56,117 nucleotides of DNA from a bacterium. Lineage in GTDB: Bacteria > CLD3 > SB21. This document shows positions 23,239-33,672 of the stretch, piece after piece (the first letter of the stretch is position 1; every line of letters begins with the position of its first letter). The DNA lies in assembly GCA_013360215.1 (NCBI GenBank), contig JABWCP010000021.1, forward strand, positions 1-56,117, written 5' to 3'. A model generated the notes under the pieces. That model saw nothing but the letters and a program-made list of their open reading frames with translations. It searched no databases and was not told the origin of the DNA. The translations under genes were made by a program, and so were the position numbers.

Positions 23239-23628
23239 ATGAGCAACGAACAACATAAAGAACATATTATACCACTGAGTACGTATCTTGGCGTTTTTAG
23301 CGCGCTGATAGCACTCACGGCATTGACGGTATGGATCGCCCAGTTTCACTTTGGCGAATGGAATTTGATCGTGGCGATGTCCGTCGCAGTAGTAAAAGCA
23401 CTTTTAGTGGCTTTTATTTTCATGCATCTTTTGTACGATAATAAATTGTATGCTACGGTGTTTGCAGGCTCGATTGTATTTTTAGCCATATTTATTGTAT
23501 TCACCATGTATGATACGTTGCGACGTGATGATATCTATGAACAAGTAGGTAAACCCATCAAGTCCAAAGCGATCATCTATGATAATATGCCCGTCAAGAA
23601 AGATTCTACGGCGCATAGCGGACATTAA
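23239..23628 (+). CDS. Cytochrome c oxidase subunit IV family protein
   Basis: LIALTALTV, KALLVAFIFMHL; three TM helices. Confidence 0.9.
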   Translation: MSNEQHKEHIIPLSTYLGVFSALIALTALTVWIAQFHFGEWNLIVAMSVAVVKALLVAFIFMHLLYDNKLYATVFAGSIVFLAIFIVFTMYDTLRRDDIYEQVGKPIKSKAIIYDNMPVKKDSTAHSGH

Positions 23629-23652
23629 TAGGATCCGTGAAAGCGATTTGAT

Positions 23653-24600
23653 TTGAACCGATTTCGGCAATTTGCCTTATTTTCAACCATCGCCACGTAC
23701 GTACTGATTTTCGTTGGCGGTTTGGTACGAGTTTCAGGGGCCGGTCTGGGATGTCCGGACTGGCCTCAATGTTTTGGTCATTGGTTTCCACCGACCAGTG
23801 TAGATCAAATCCCTTCCCATATTGACCCCAGTCTTTTTAATATGACATTGGCATGGATCGAATACGGCAATCGTGTTGTCGGTGTTACGATAGGCTTTCT
23901 TATTGCCGGCACGGCTTGGCTTGCGATAAAACATTACCGGCATGACAAACGTATTTTGACAGCGTCGGTTGCGGCAGCGATTTTGGTGGCTTTCCAAGGA
24001 TGGCAGGGGAGTCGTGTCGTCAAGTCCCAACTCAATCCGCATATCATCTCCATCCATTTTGCTTTGGCGCTTTTGATCATCAGTCTGATGGTTTACGTCA
24101 CTTTCCGCGCATATAAACCTGAACAAGAAATAAAGAACATCAGCGATACCGTATATCGTTCTGTTTTCGGTTGGATAAAGATTATGTGGGTTGTCAATCT
24201 CCTACAAATTTTACTTGGAACGGAAGTACGAGGTGCATTGGAAGTATTGGCAAATGCATTTCCGTTGATGAACGAAGCCGAACTTATGCGCCAATCGAAT
24301 TATGTCAGCTATATTCACGGTGTCGTCGGTGTGATCATCGTAGGAGCGACCTGGCTTTTTCACGAACAAATACAGCGCGTGCGCACGCAGATCCCGGCCT
24401 ATATCGTTACGATTTCAAATATCGGCCTCTTGCTGATGATCACCCAGTTGTTCATCGGTGTGCTTCTGGTAACGATGGATCGTCCGCCGCTTTTGCAAAT
24501 CGTGCATCTTTGGATATCCAGTTTTCAGATCGGGTTATTGGTGATCTTTTATGCCGCATGGCGCCGCGATAATCAATCTTCTGAGAGGAAAACGGTATGA
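23653..24600 (+). CDS. ctaA: Heme A synthase (COX15/CtaA)
   Basis: GGLVRVSGAGLGCPDWPQCFG, AWIEYGNR; multiple TM helices; TTG start. Confidence 0.9.
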   Translation: MNRFRQFALFSTIATYVLIFVGGLVRVSGAGLGCPDWPQCFGHWFPPTSVDQIPSHIDPSLFNMTLAWIEYGNRVVGVTIGFLIAGTAWLAIKHYRHDKRILTASVAAAILVAFQGWQGSRVVKSQLNPHIISIHFALALLIISLMVYVTFRAYKPEQEIKNISDTVYRSVFGWIKIMWVVNLLQILLGTEVRGALEVLANAFPLMNEAELMRQSNYVSYIHGVVGVIIVGATWLFHEQIQRVRTQIPAYIVTISNIGLLLMITQLFIGVLLVTMDRPPLLQIVHLWISSFQIGLLVIFYAAWRRDNQSSERKTV

Positions 24601-25187
24601 ATACGAATCTGATTATGCGTTTAAGCATCGGTTTTTTTGTGCTCATGCTTATTTCGGCCATCGTTATTTATAAAGCCAAAGAATCGCAGAGCGATTTGCC
24701 GGTGTATGCCGAAGTGACGCCGTTTGCCATGACCGAACGAAGCGGTGAAGCTTTTACAAACGAACAGTTCAAGGGGCACATCACCGTTGTCAATTTTTTC
24801 TTCGCAACGTGTGCGGGGCCGTGCCCGGCGATGAATGCCCGTGTAGCCGAGCTGTATCGCGCTTTTGCGGGGAATAACCCCGTACGGTTCGTGTCGGTCA
24901 CGATAGATCCGGATCGGGATTCGCTGGCGGCACTTCGTAATTATGCATCGTCATTCAACGTAAACGACAATCGCTGGTCTTTTTTGCGTGGCGATCTGAA
25001 AAGTGTAGAGCATCTGTCGGAAAATGTTTTCATGGTGGGAAGCGGAGCACCGACACTCCATAGCACGAAACTGATTTTAGTGGATCACTTGGGTCGAATA
25101 AGAGGTTACTATAGCAGCGAAGAACCTGCAAGTCTGACTATACTCAAAACACATATCCGTGAACTTGTGAGAGAGATGCCATCATGA
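24597..25187 (+). CDS. Second SCO family protein
   Basis: FFFATCAGPCP, VTIDPDRDS, HSTKLILVD..GRIRGYY. Confidence 0.92.
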   Translation: MNTNLIMRLSIGFFVLMLISAIVIYKAKESQSDLPVYAEVTPFAMTERSGEAFTNEQFKGHITVVNFFFATCAGPCPAMNARVAELYRAFAGNNPVRFVSVTIDPDRDSLAALRNYASSFNVNDNRWSFLRGDLKSVEHLSENVFMVGSGAPTLHSTKLILVDHLGRIRGYYSSEEPASLTILKTHIRELVREMPS

Positions 25188-25597
25188 ACGCCGCTGATTT
25201 ACCATTTATCAATGCCATACTCAATTCCGTGAGCACCGTGTTTCTTACGTTGGGATACATAGCTATCCGAAAAAAAGATCGTGTTCAGCATAAACGCTAT
25301 ATGGTCACGGCGCTTATTTCGTCAGCGCTTTTTCTCACGTGCTATCTGATTTATCATTATCAGGTTGGTTCGGTTCCTTATCCGTATTACGATTGGACAA
25401 GGCCGGTATATTTCGTCATTTTAGTGCCACACATTATACTGGCCGCAATTATGTCGCCTTTTATTATCAGCGCCGTTCATTATGCATGGATCGGAGAGTT
25501 TTCGAAACACAAAAGACTAATGCGGTGGGTCTGGCCGGTGTGGATATTCGTATCGGTGAGCGGAGTTGTTATCTACCTGATGTTATATCGCTTCTAA
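25184..25597 (+). CDS. DUF420 membrane protein (CtaM-like oxidase assembly factor)
   Basis: LPFINAILN, HKRYM, YLIYH, HIILA, WIFVSVSGVVIY. Confidence 0.9.
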   Translation: MNAADLPFINAILNSVSTVFLTLGYIAIRKKDRVQHKRYMVTALISSALFLTCYLIYHYQVGSVPYPYYDWTRPVYFVILVPHIILAAIMSPFIISAVHYAWIGEFSKHKRLMRWVWPVWIFVSVSGVVIYLMLYRF

Positions 25598-27187
25598 ATT
25601 AATCTTCATTTTGCCGACAATGCGGGCAAATTCGCTTTCGACGAAAGGTTTGTACGACGAGAACTTAGCAGAAAACGGATGTTTGATTTTATTTTTTGTA
25701 GCATCCATCAAATCGGCTATCAATTCTTTTTGTGCGTTGATAAGGTCATCGTAATAAATAGGCTCGCCCGCATCCTTACCTTCGTTTTTCATTTTTTCAA
25801 CTTGCGTATCCCTTAAAAAATCAAATCCCTTTTCTGCCGCAAGCATGGCAATAAGGGGATGAGCTTCCGGCGGGGCCGTATTAAGAGGGTGAAACAAGGT
25901 ATCTTTGTAACGGTCCATGATTTCATCCACGGAGTCCCTGTTTCGGCTGCACTTTTTAAGCAGGATATTTTCAAAACTAAGTGTGTAGCATGCGGATGCT
26001 TGAGGTATATTTCCTGTTTGAAAATAGAGCGTGCCCAGGTGACTTAAGGATACCGCCAGCTTTTCGATTTCAACATTATACAGCGTTTCATCGCCCAGGT
26101 CCGGGACGCGCGCTGTTTTTACGACGTCAAGCACGCGAGCAAAATTGTCTTTTTCGCGTTCAATAAAACTAAAATTGACTTCGCCGCGTGAATAACGTTC
26201 GGCCTTGAGTAAAGCATCGCACCAGTAATGACCGATCGTAATGGCCGATATATAATCTACAAATTCCTTGTTTTCAGTAACTGTTTGCAGAACACCATCC
26301 ATGCGGGATAAACATTCTTCGTAGCGCTGGCCGCGAAGCAGAAAAAATACTAACTGAGGCATGACATAAGCAACCAACTCAGGATTGGAAAGTTTGGAAG
26401 CCAAATCTTCAATGATTTCGATTTCCTCATCCAACACTTTTTCCTGAAGGCGATTGACGACACGTTCTGTCGAAACGCGCAGTGCCTCCTGAAGTTGTAG
26501 GTGCAGTTCGTTGCGCAGGCGCGGATAATCCGGTAGTAACCGGAACAGCTCAATAGCGCGCTCGCACAATAAACTGCCCTGTGCAAAATCAGCCGCCAGC
26601 GAGGTGTGCATCGCGGTCTGGCATAAGGAATAGATCAAAATACTCATAGCCCGATCCGAACGCGCGTGGTGCGACTTCAAATCGGATTCAAATTGTTGAA
26701 TGGTTTTGCGGATGTCGGAAGTGGAGCGATGATGAAGACGGCGACTCAAAAGACCTACCAAAAGCAACACCAGAATGCGTTGATCTTCGATCAAAGAAAT
26801 GACATTTTGTCTTAAAAATTGAGCGTAGTTTGCGCGAACCGTTTCATCGGTTTCTTTGCGTACCGGTTTTTCATTCGTTTTAGGCCGCATCTGGATTATT
26901 TTATTCCAGTACTCGCGCAATGGGCCTTGCTTGTGTGTGCCGGTGACGGAGGTAGGATTATATACGGTTTCTAAGGTACGACGATTTTTTTCAAACGTAC
27001 GCAATAACGGGGCGGAAACACGAACCTCATGGTTTTGATGAAACAAATGCAAAAGATCGGCATAGGTTTCACGTATGCAGTGCCATGATGATTTATTGGA
27101 TTCTACCGCCAGTTGCGCGAGAATATTTACAAGACTCCGAATTTCGCCGTTAGATCGGCGCTCTTCCTGAAGCGGTGCAATAGACAT
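25583..27187 (-). CDS. Hypothetical alpha-helical protein, possibly TPR-like
   Basis: 534-aa ORF, Leu/Glu/Arg-rich; LSHLGTLYFQTGNIPQASACY resembles a TPR; no family recognised. Confidence 0.7.
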   Translation of the reverse strand: MSIAPLQEERRSNGEIRSLVNILAQLAVESNKSSWHCIRETYADLLHLFHQNHEVRVSAPLLRTFEKNRRTLETVYNPTSVTGTHKQGPLREYWNKIIQMRPKTNEKPVRKETDETVRANYAQFLRQNVISLIEDQRILVLLLVGLLSRRLHHRSTSDIRKTIQQFESDLKSHHARSDRAMSILIYSLCQTAMHTSLAADFAQGSLLCERAIELFRLLPDYPRLRNELHLQLQEALRVSTERVVNRLQEKVLDEEIEIIEDLASKLSNPELVAYVMPQLVFFLLRGQRYEECLSRMDGVLQTVTENKEFVDYISAITIGHYWCDALLKAERYSRGEVNFSFIEREKDNFARVLDVVKTARVPDLGDETLYNVEIEKLAVSLSHLGTLYFQTGNIPQASACYTLSFENILLKKCSRNRDSVDEIMDRYKDTLFHPLNTAPPEAHPLIAMLAAEKGFDFLRDTQVEKMKNEGKDAGEPIYYDDLINAQKELIADLMDATKNKIKHPFSAKFSSYKPFVESEFARIVGKMKINLEAI

Positions 27188-27276
27188 AGACTATTTAGAT
27201 ACGTTTATTTAGGTGTGAGATACCCGATTACTAATCAACTAATTTATCATAAAATCGGGCGTTCGCAAGGCAAAAA

Positions 27277-27561
27277 TCATAACAGGGTATTTAATTTATC
27301 AGCTAAAATAAAATCCAATTCCGTAATTCCGCCGGCATCATGCGTATAGAGTGAAATATGAACGCGGTTATATACGTTGGACCAGTCCGGATGATGATTT
27401 AATTTTTCAGCGATAAGAGCCGCTGCCGTCATAAAACGAAACGCTTCGACAAAATCTGTGAAAATAAATTCTCTATACAATTTGCCGTCGCGAAGCTTCC
27501 AATCCAGAAGTGCTTTCAGACGATTCTCAATTTCAGAGGTTTCAATTTTTTTTCGGCTCAT
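27277..27561 (-). CDS. Pterin-4-alpha-carbinolamine dehydratase
   Basis: [28 protein letters not shown]. Confidence 0.93.
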   Translation of the reverse strand: MSRKKIETSEIENRLKALLDWKLRDGKLYREFIFTDFVEAFRFMTAAALIAEKLNHHPDWSNVYNRVHISLYTHDAGGITELDFILADKLNTLL

Positions 27562-27563
27562 AG

Positions 27564-28292
27564 TTACGCTTTTTTGAATCGGCGAGTTACTTCATACCAG
27601 TGAATGAGATTCCACCAGGCTTGTACGTAGTCGGCGCGTTTGTTTTGGTATTTCAGATAATAAGCGTGCTCCCATACGTCCAAAGCCAAGAGCGGCGTGC
27701 CTTTAAAATCGGAAACATCCATCAATGGATTATCCTGATTAGGCGTCGAGCCGATTTCGAGTTTTCCGTCGCGTACAACGAGCCATGCCCACCCGGAGCC
27801 AAATCGACTCATCGCAGCGGCGTTAAATTTAGTTTTAAATTCATCAAAGCTTCCAAAGGCGGTATTAATCGCAGTTGCCAGGTCGCCGCTCGGTGCACCG
27901 CCACCCCCCGGTTTCATGATTTGCCAAAACATGGAGTGATTCCAATGCCCGCCACCGTTGTTTCGTATGGCTGTCGAATATTTTGAAATATGGCGCATCA
28001 AAGTATCTAGATCCGGTTTATCTAATTTGGCCTGAATAATTGCATCATTGAGCTTATCCACATAGGCTTTATGATGGCGGGAATGATGGATCTCCATAGT
28101 CTGGGCATCTATATGCGGTTCAAGCGCTTTGTAATCATAGCTCAGCGTCGGCAATGTAAACGGCGCATCCGTTATGCTTACAGCAGAAATCGCGGCTTCG
28201 GCGGAACGGATAAAGGGGCTTACCGCCGCGGCTGTTGCAACTAAACCAGTTGTTTCCAAAAATTTACGGCGTGTTGTCTTTTTATCAGGCAT
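27564..28292 (-). CDS. sodA: Fe/Mn superoxide dismutase (Mn-type signature) with Tat signal peptide
   Basis: AAGGAG RBS; TTRRKFL signal; [36 protein letters not shown]. Confidence 0.9.
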   Translation of the reverse strand: MPDKKTTRRKFLETTGLVATAAAVSPFIRSAEAAISAVSITDAPFTLPTLSYDYKALEPHIDAQTMEIHHSRHHKAYVDKLNDAIIQAKLDKPDLDTLMRHISKYSTAIRNNGGGHWNHSMFWQIMKPGGGGAPSGDLATAINTAFGSFDEFKTKFNAAAMSRFGSGWAWLVVRDGKLEIGSTPNQDNPLMDVSDFKGTPLLALDVWEHAYYLKYQNKRADYVQAWWNLIHWYEVTRRFKKA

Positions 28293-28302
28293 AAACGGCT
28301 CC

Positions 28303-29112
28303 TTATGTGGCGGGATTTTTTGGTTCAAAAATGCGTCGTGCAAGACTAAGAATGACAAAGCGTGGAAAGAGGCGCTGCAAGTGTGTCATACATTTATTAC
28401 CCAGTCCTTCGATGGCGATTTTTTTATAATTCACTACGGCATCCAAAGCGACTTCGGCTACCGATTCTTTGGAAGCACTGCGTGAGCGGATGCGAATTTT
28501 GTTTGATCCTGCCGAGAGTTGAAAATTAGTTTTTGTTCGTCCGGGACACAGGCTGATGATTCGTATCGGCGTGTCACGTAATTCCGATGCAACGGCTACG
28601 CTGAAGTGGGTGACAAATGCTTTCGTTGCACCATACGTTGCCATAAAAGGGACGGGTTGGAAACTTGCCGTGGAACTTACGTTGAGGATGGCGCCTTTAT
28701 TTTGGACGAGCATGCCGGGTAAAAAAAGATGCGTGAGCTGGACGAGCGTTTTGATATTTAGGTCAATCATGTTCATCTGCTTAGCAATATCGGATTCGTG
28801 AAAATATCCGTATGAGCCGAATCCGGCATTATTTACCAGCAAATCAACGCAGATGTTAAGTTTGTTTATTTGGTCAAATAAACGTTGCGGTGCGTTTTCC
28901 GATGTCAGATCCATCGCGATCACATCTACCGTTGCACCGGATGAGCGAAATTCGTACGCATGGGCTTCGAGTGCATTGGCCGAACGTGCAACCAAAATCA
29001 AACGAAAGCCGGGTTTTGCCAGCGCTCGGGCTATCGCTTCACCGATTCCGCTGGAAGCGCCGGTGATCAAAATCGCGGTGTAGGGAAATTTATTCACGTT
29101 TGCAATCTGCAT
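28303..29112 (-). CDS. Short-chain dehydrogenase/reductase
   Basis: [22 protein letters not shown] catalytic motif. Confidence 0.93.
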   Translation of the reverse strand: MQIANVNKFPYTAILITGASSGIGEAIARALAKPGFRLILVARSANALEAHAYEFRSSGATVDVIAMDLTSENAPQRLFDQINKLNICVDLLVNNAGFGSYGYFHESDIAKQMNMIDLNIKTLVQLTHLFLPGMLVQNKGAILNVSSTASFQPVPFMATYGATKAFVTHFSVAVASELRDTPIRIISLCPGRTKTNFQLSAGSNKIRIRSRSASKESVAEVALDAVVNYKKIAIEGLGNKCMTHLQRLFPRFVILSLARRIFEPKNPAT

Positions 29113-29201
29113 AAACCATGTTTTGCAAGCAAGCAATTTTATACGGCTTGCTAATGCAAAACGAATCATTTAATTTCCACAAGCCTCCAAAATAAATACC
29201 T

Positions 29202-30044
29202 ATGCGTTTTGTAATTTTTCTTACAACTGTTTTTGTGCTTCTGTACAGACCGTCGCTGGCATCCTTTGACACCAAAAAAGGTGCGCGGCCTTTGGCCATG
29301 GGCGGAGCGTATACGGCAGCGGCGTTCGGTGGAGATGCGTTTTATTATAATCCCGCCGGGCTTTGGTATAACGCCAATCCGATGGGACAAGCCTTTTTTT
29401 CACGCCCTTTCAACCTTACCGAACTTCAAACCGTTACGTTTAACTTCACGTATCCGTACTTTTTTGGCAATGTGAGCGCCAATGCCGAGTCATATGGTTA
29501 CGATTTATATCGTGAAACGACGTTGAGTCTGGCTTATGCCAACGTGTATAAAGAACGTGTGGCGATGGGTGTTGTGATAAACTATAACCATCTTGCCATC
29601 AAAAATGCAGGCTCGGCGGCAGCCGTCGGATTGGATTTTGGTATTTTAGTTCGCCCGCTGCGCATGCTTACCGTCGGTGCGATGGTTCGCAATATCAACC
29701 ATCCTTCGATAAAAAAAGATGTTTTGCCGCAGACATTTACAGTCGGTGCTTGTTTTCAAATCATGGATCATTTTCGCCTCATGGCCGATGCGTATAAAGA
29801 TGTTCGTTATCCCACCGATATTCGTGTCGGCGGGGAATACACGTTTATGGAAAAATTTATCATACGCAGCGGCTTAGGTTCCGATCCTTCCCGTTTTTGC
29901 GGAGGTTTTGGCTTGGATTTAGGATTGGCCGTTTTGGATTATGGTTTTAATACGCATCAGGAACTTGGAATGACACACGCTCTGTCTCTCAGTTTTCATA
30001 TTGACCGAAAACCCTCGCGCTCGCTTCAACCGTCATTGCGGTAA
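29202..30044 (+). CDS. PorV/PorQ (FadL-like) family outer-membrane barrel protein
   Basis: Signal peptide, GARPLAMGGAYTA..DAFYYNPAGL, alternating beta-strands, DYGF..HQELGMTH.LSLSF. Confidence 0.75.
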   Translation: MRFVIFLTTVFVLLYRPSLASFDTKKGARPLAMGGAYTAAAFGGDAFYYNPAGLWYNANPMGQAFFSRPFNLTELQTVTFNFTYPYFFGNVSANAESYGYDLYRETTLSLAYANVYKERVAMGVVINYNHLAIKNAGSAAAVGLDFGILVRPLRMLTVGAMVRNINHPSIKKDVLPQTFTVGACFQIMDHFRLMADAYKDVRYPTDIRVGGEYTFMEKFIIRSGLGSDPSRFCGGFGLDLGLAVLDYGFNTHQELGMTHALSLSFHIDRKPSRSLQPSLR

Positions 30045-30050
30045 TCATCT

Positions 30051-32072
30051 ATGGTTGTTCTGCTCCAACGTATTTCTTTTTTTATCGCGTTAGTTTTTTA
30101 TTCGTCCGCCGTCGTCGGCCAGGATACGCTGTGGATTGATACCGATCAGGATCGCAGTACCGAATCCGCTTTGGAGTCAATGACGGAGACGGCGAATGAA
30201 GGTGTCGAATTTTCAGAGGCGTTGGAAAACTGGCGGCGTGATCCTTTGGATATTAACCGCGCGGATATTGAAGAATTGCAACAACTACCCGGATTATCAC
30301 CGATCTTGGCCAAAGCGATCGTTGATCGTCGGCGCGCGCAACCTTTTACATCCGTCCGGCAACTTTTGCAGATCGATGGGTTTTCACGGGAATTGTTTGT
30401 ACGAATTCAACCGTTTCTCATCGTGTACAGCCATACCGCGGTCAGACCGCTTGATGTTGCATTGCGTCAACGTACCGAACGCCAAATTGAAAAGGCGCCG
30501 GAGTTTAGCGACGGCAGCTATGAAGGTGGTCCGCTACAAATGTACGAACGTGCCGTTGCCGTGTATGCACCGGGATGGGCGGCGTTACCTGACGCACAAA
30601 TACGCGGCGCTTGGGTTATGGAAAAAGATCCCGGCGAAACACGATGGAATGACCATCAGGCCGGTTATGCCGAGATAAAAAATGCCGGTGTAGTCCGTCG
30701 CGCGGTGGTCGGTAATTATCGTTTAGAATTTGGCCAGGGTGTCGCGCTGTGGAGCGGGAGCGGGATGTCCAAAAGTACCGAAGTCATTCAAAGCGTAAAA
30801 CGCCGAAGTGGGGGGATCAAACCATTTGCTTCAGCAACAGAGAATCAGGCTTTGCAAGGTATGGCCGCCGAATTGCAATTTGAAAATGTGGATTTCTTAC
30901 GCGCACTCAAACTGACGGGTTTTTATTCGTATGCACACTTTGATGCATCGCGCAACCCCGACGGAACGACAGGCGGTTTGGATGAAAGCGGATTGCATCG
31001 CCAGACATCGGAAAATCGGCGCAGGGATTATCTTTTAGAAACATTGGGCGGGTTCCATGCCGATTATCAAATCAACAGCGCTACACGATTGGGAACGACG
31101 TATTATGCGCATCAGTTTAATCGCCGGTTTGTTCCCAATGACCCGGTACGCAATCGTTATGATTTTGAAGGGCATCGCAATCGTGTCGGCAGTATATCGT
31201 ATGATTATTACTATGAACATGTCAATTTTTTCGGCGAGTGGGCGATGGACGGCGGTGCGGATAAGGCCGGGAATACCGGCGTACAATTTTTTTGGCCGCA
31301 CATGGAGTTTGTATTTTTTTATCGTAATTACGCCAAAAACTTTCATTCCCTTCGTGGATATGCTTTCGGCGAACAAAACGGCCGCACGCGTAATGAAGAA
31401 GGCATTTATACGGGATGGAAATACGAATGGCGTCGTCGCCTGACCATACAAGCGTATTACGATTTGTATCGTTTTCCGTGGCGCACCTACGATGTGCCGA
31501 CAGCCGTAACCGGGCGCGATTTCCTGACGCAAGCGGATTTTGCTTTGACCCGCGCAATGACCATCACAATGCTCTACAAAAGGGAAGAAAAAGACGATGC
31601 GATTCAGAGCACGGATATTTTAGGACGTGATATTACCATCGTCGAACCGTCACGTGTGCAGCGTCTGCGCATACAGATAGAAATGCTTGCAACGCCGCAG
31701 TTTCGGTTTCGTTCACGGATTGAAACATCCTACTACGCCATACCTTCCATATCGGGCACTTCAGAGATGGGTCTTTTGATTTATGAAGATGTTCGTTTTC
31801 AACCCGATCGCCGATGGACGTTGTATGGTCGTGTGAGCGTCTTTGACGCGGATTCCAAATCCGCGGTGTACGAATACGAGAACGATGTCGAAGGTGCATT
31901 TGCCAATACGCGATTTTCCGGAAAAGGATTGCGCTGGTATGTTTTCACACAGTATCACGGATTAAATCGAATGGATATCGGCTTCAAATACTGGCAAATG
32001 GCACGCAGTGATATTTCGGGGTACGGTCGTATGACACGGCGGGTTACATTATCAGTAGATTACAAATTATAA
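30051..32072 (+). CDS. ComEA-type helix-hairpin-helix domain fused to an outer-membrane barrel
   Basis: Signal peptide; PLDINRADIEELQQLPGLSPILAKAIVDRR..F.S..QLLQIDGF; EKDPGE, VGNYRLEFGQG, YEYENDV; aromatic-rich strands. Confidence 0.85.
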   Translation: MVVLLQRISFFIALVFYSSAVVGQDTLWIDTDQDRSTESALESMTETANEGVEFSEALENWRRDPLDINRADIEELQQLPGLSPILAKAIVDRRRAQPFTSVRQLLQIDGFSRELFVRIQPFLIVYSHTAVRPLDVALRQRTERQIEKAPEFSDGSYEGGPLQMYERAVAVYAPGWAALPDAQIRGAWVMEKDPGETRWNDHQAGYAEIKNAGVVRRAVVGNYRLEFGQGVALWSGSGMSKSTEVIQSVKRRSGGIKPFASATENQALQGMAAELQFENVDFLRALKLTGFYSYAHFDASRNPDGTTGGLDESGLHRQTSENRRRDYLLETLGGFHADYQINSATRLGTTYYAHQFNRRFVPNDPVRNRYDFEGHRNRVGSISYDYYYEHVNFFGEWAMDGGADKAGNTGVQFFWPHMEFVFFYRNYAKNFHSLRGYAFGEQNGRTRNEEGIYTGWKYEWRRRLTIQAYYDLYRFPWRTYDVPTAVTGRDFLTQADFALTRAMTITMLYKREEKDDAIQSTDILGRDITIVEPSRVQRLRIQIEMLATPQFRFRSRIETSYYAIPSISGTSEMGLLIYEDVRFQPDRRWTLYGRVSVFDADSKSAVYEYENDVEGAFANTRFSGKGLRWYVFTQYHGLNRMDIGFKYWQMARSDISGYGRMTRRVTLSVDYKL

Positions 32073-32097
32073 AACGCCGTGGCATCGGAAAAAACCT

Positions 32098-32126
32098 TTG
32101 CTCTTTTTGACGGTACGGGGTATATT
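32098..32126 (+). promoter_or_regulatory. Putative promoter of exbB operon
   Basis: TTGCTC - 17 nt - TATATT in the intergenic gap. Confidence 0.45.
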
Positions 32127-32198
32127 GAGCCGCTTATCTGCATTCGCAATACACAAGCTAAAATGATAATATAACATATCGCCGGAGGAATTTGGAGT

Positions 32199-32825
32199 AT
32201 GGAAGAAAAAACGTTGGTCGGCTATTTTACGGATGGTGGTTTTTTTATGTGGCCGATTTTGATATGCTTTATCGGCGGCCTTGCCATTTGTATCGAACGC
32301 CTTATAACGCTGACGCGCGCGGCGACCAATACCAAACAATTCCTCGTCAAAATCAAACAATCGCTGGATGAAGGCGGTGTCGAGCGTGCGACGGAAGTAT
32401 GCGCGAGCCAGCGCGGATCCGTGGCGTTGATTTTTCATGCGGGTCTTTTACGCGCTCGTAAAGGTGTGGAGCATGTCGAAAAAGCGATTGTTAATGCCGG
32501 CGCTGTGGAAATGGCGTTTCTTGAACGCGGTATGGTATGGCTTGGTTTTTTTGTCGGCGCGGCACCTCTTTTGGGTTTTACAGGTACGGTCCAAGGTATG
32601 ATCGAAGCGTTTGATGCGATCGCCAAGGCTAATGACATTTCACCTACGATTGTGGCCGACGGTATCCGTACGGCGCTATATACGACGTTATTCGGTCTTA
32701 TGGTGGCGATTCTTTTACAATTTTTCTTCAATTATTTTACTGCGAAAATCAATCGTATCGTGGCTGATATGGAAGAAAGTTCGTCGGAACTGGTGGACTA
32801 CCTGCTCGAAAACGAAGTACGGTAA
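32199..32825 (+). CDS. exbB: MotA/TolQ/ExbB proton channel
   Basis: GGFFMWPI, APLLGFTGTVQGMI.AF, GI.TALYTT.FGL.VAI. Confidence 0.92.
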   Translation: MEEKTLVGYFTDGGFFMWPILICFIGGLAICIERLITLTRAATNTKQFLVKIKQSLDEGGVERATEVCASQRGSVALIFHAGLLRARKGVEHVEKAIVNAGAVEMAFLERGMVWLGFFVGAAPLLGFTGTVQGMIEAFDAIAKANDISPTIVADGIRTALYTTLFGLMVAILLQFFFNYFTAKINRIVADMEESSSELVDYLLENEVR

Positions 32826-32843
32826 TAATAATTTTATAAAATT

Positions 32844-33245
32844 ATGTTTGTCGAAAAACGACGTAAATATACTCCTGAAATTTCAACCGCTTCGATGGCG
32901 GATATCGCTTTTCTTTTGATCATTTTTTTTATCGTGATTACAAAGTTTGGCACCGACAAAGGTATTGACCTGACATTGCCTCCGGAAGGTTCTATTAAAG
33001 AAATTCCAAAAAACAATATCATGAGCATTACGATGGATGATGCCGGTGCGGTTGTTTTGGATGGGAAAGTAGTAATTCTGGGGCAGGTTCAGTCGCTCGT
33101 CAAAAGCATCGCCGAATCCAACGACCGTTTGGTGGTCACCGTAAAAACGACACGCAAAACGCCGTATCGCAATTTTATCGCCGTGATGGATCAACTCAAA
33201 GAAGCCGGTGTTCGTAAAATTTCAGTTTTGGAGCCTGATCGCTGA
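32844..33245 (+). CDS. exbD: ExbD/TolR family protein
   Basis: EISTASMADIAFLLIIFF TM segment with conserved Asp. Confidence 0.9.
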   Translation: MFVEKRRKYTPEISTASMADIAFLLIIFFIVITKFGTDKGIDLTLPPEGSIKEIPKNNIMSITMDDAGAVVLDGKVVILGQVQSLVKSIAESNDRLVVTVKTTRKTPYRNFIAVMDQLKEAGVRKISVLEPDR

Positions 33246-33246
33246 T

Positions 33247-33669
33247 ATGAAGTTTCGACGTCGCCCTATAGAATCTTTGCCGGTATCGAGCGCCTCGATG
33301 TCTGATATTGTTTTTTCGCTTTTATTATTCTTTATGGTATCTACCGTGATCAAAAAATACAGCGGTCTGCCTGTGCAGGTTCCGGCTGCATTTAATATCG
33401 AAAAATTATCTACGAAAACGCATACATCTTACCTTTGGATTGACAAACAACAACGTATCGTATTTGATGATTATCCGATTAATTCGATGGAAGAGCTATA
33501 TTCGGTGGCCCGCGCGAAAATCGAAGCCGATCACAAAATGCTTATCTTTCTACGTGTGGACGAATCGTTGACGATGGGCGCTTTGGCGGACGTACAAGAA
33601 CAGTTGCGTCGTGCCGGAGCACTTCGGATTTACTACGGGACCGATTCGCGTTCTAACGCAATTTATTAA
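33247..33669 (+). CDS. exbD: Second ExbD/TolR family protein
   Basis: ASMSDIVFSLLLFFMVST; ATG 33247 directly after the previous stop. Confidence 0.88.
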   Translation: MKFRRRPIESLPVSSASMSDIVFSLLLFFMVSTVIKKYSGLPVQVPAAFNIEKLSTKTHTSYLWIDKQQRIVFDDYPINSMEELYSVARAKIEADHKMLIFLRVDESLTMGALADVQEQLRRAGALRIYYGTDSRSNAIY

Positions 33670-33672
33670 GCT

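Noticed and set aside
29202..30044. Complete type IX secretion locus
   Set aside because: Only PorV/PorQ-like barrels are present; no porKLMN, sprA or porU in the window
32160..32180. Fur box upstream of exbB (AATGATAAT)
   Set aside because: Only a half-site; no symmetric partner, and the DNA is AT-rich
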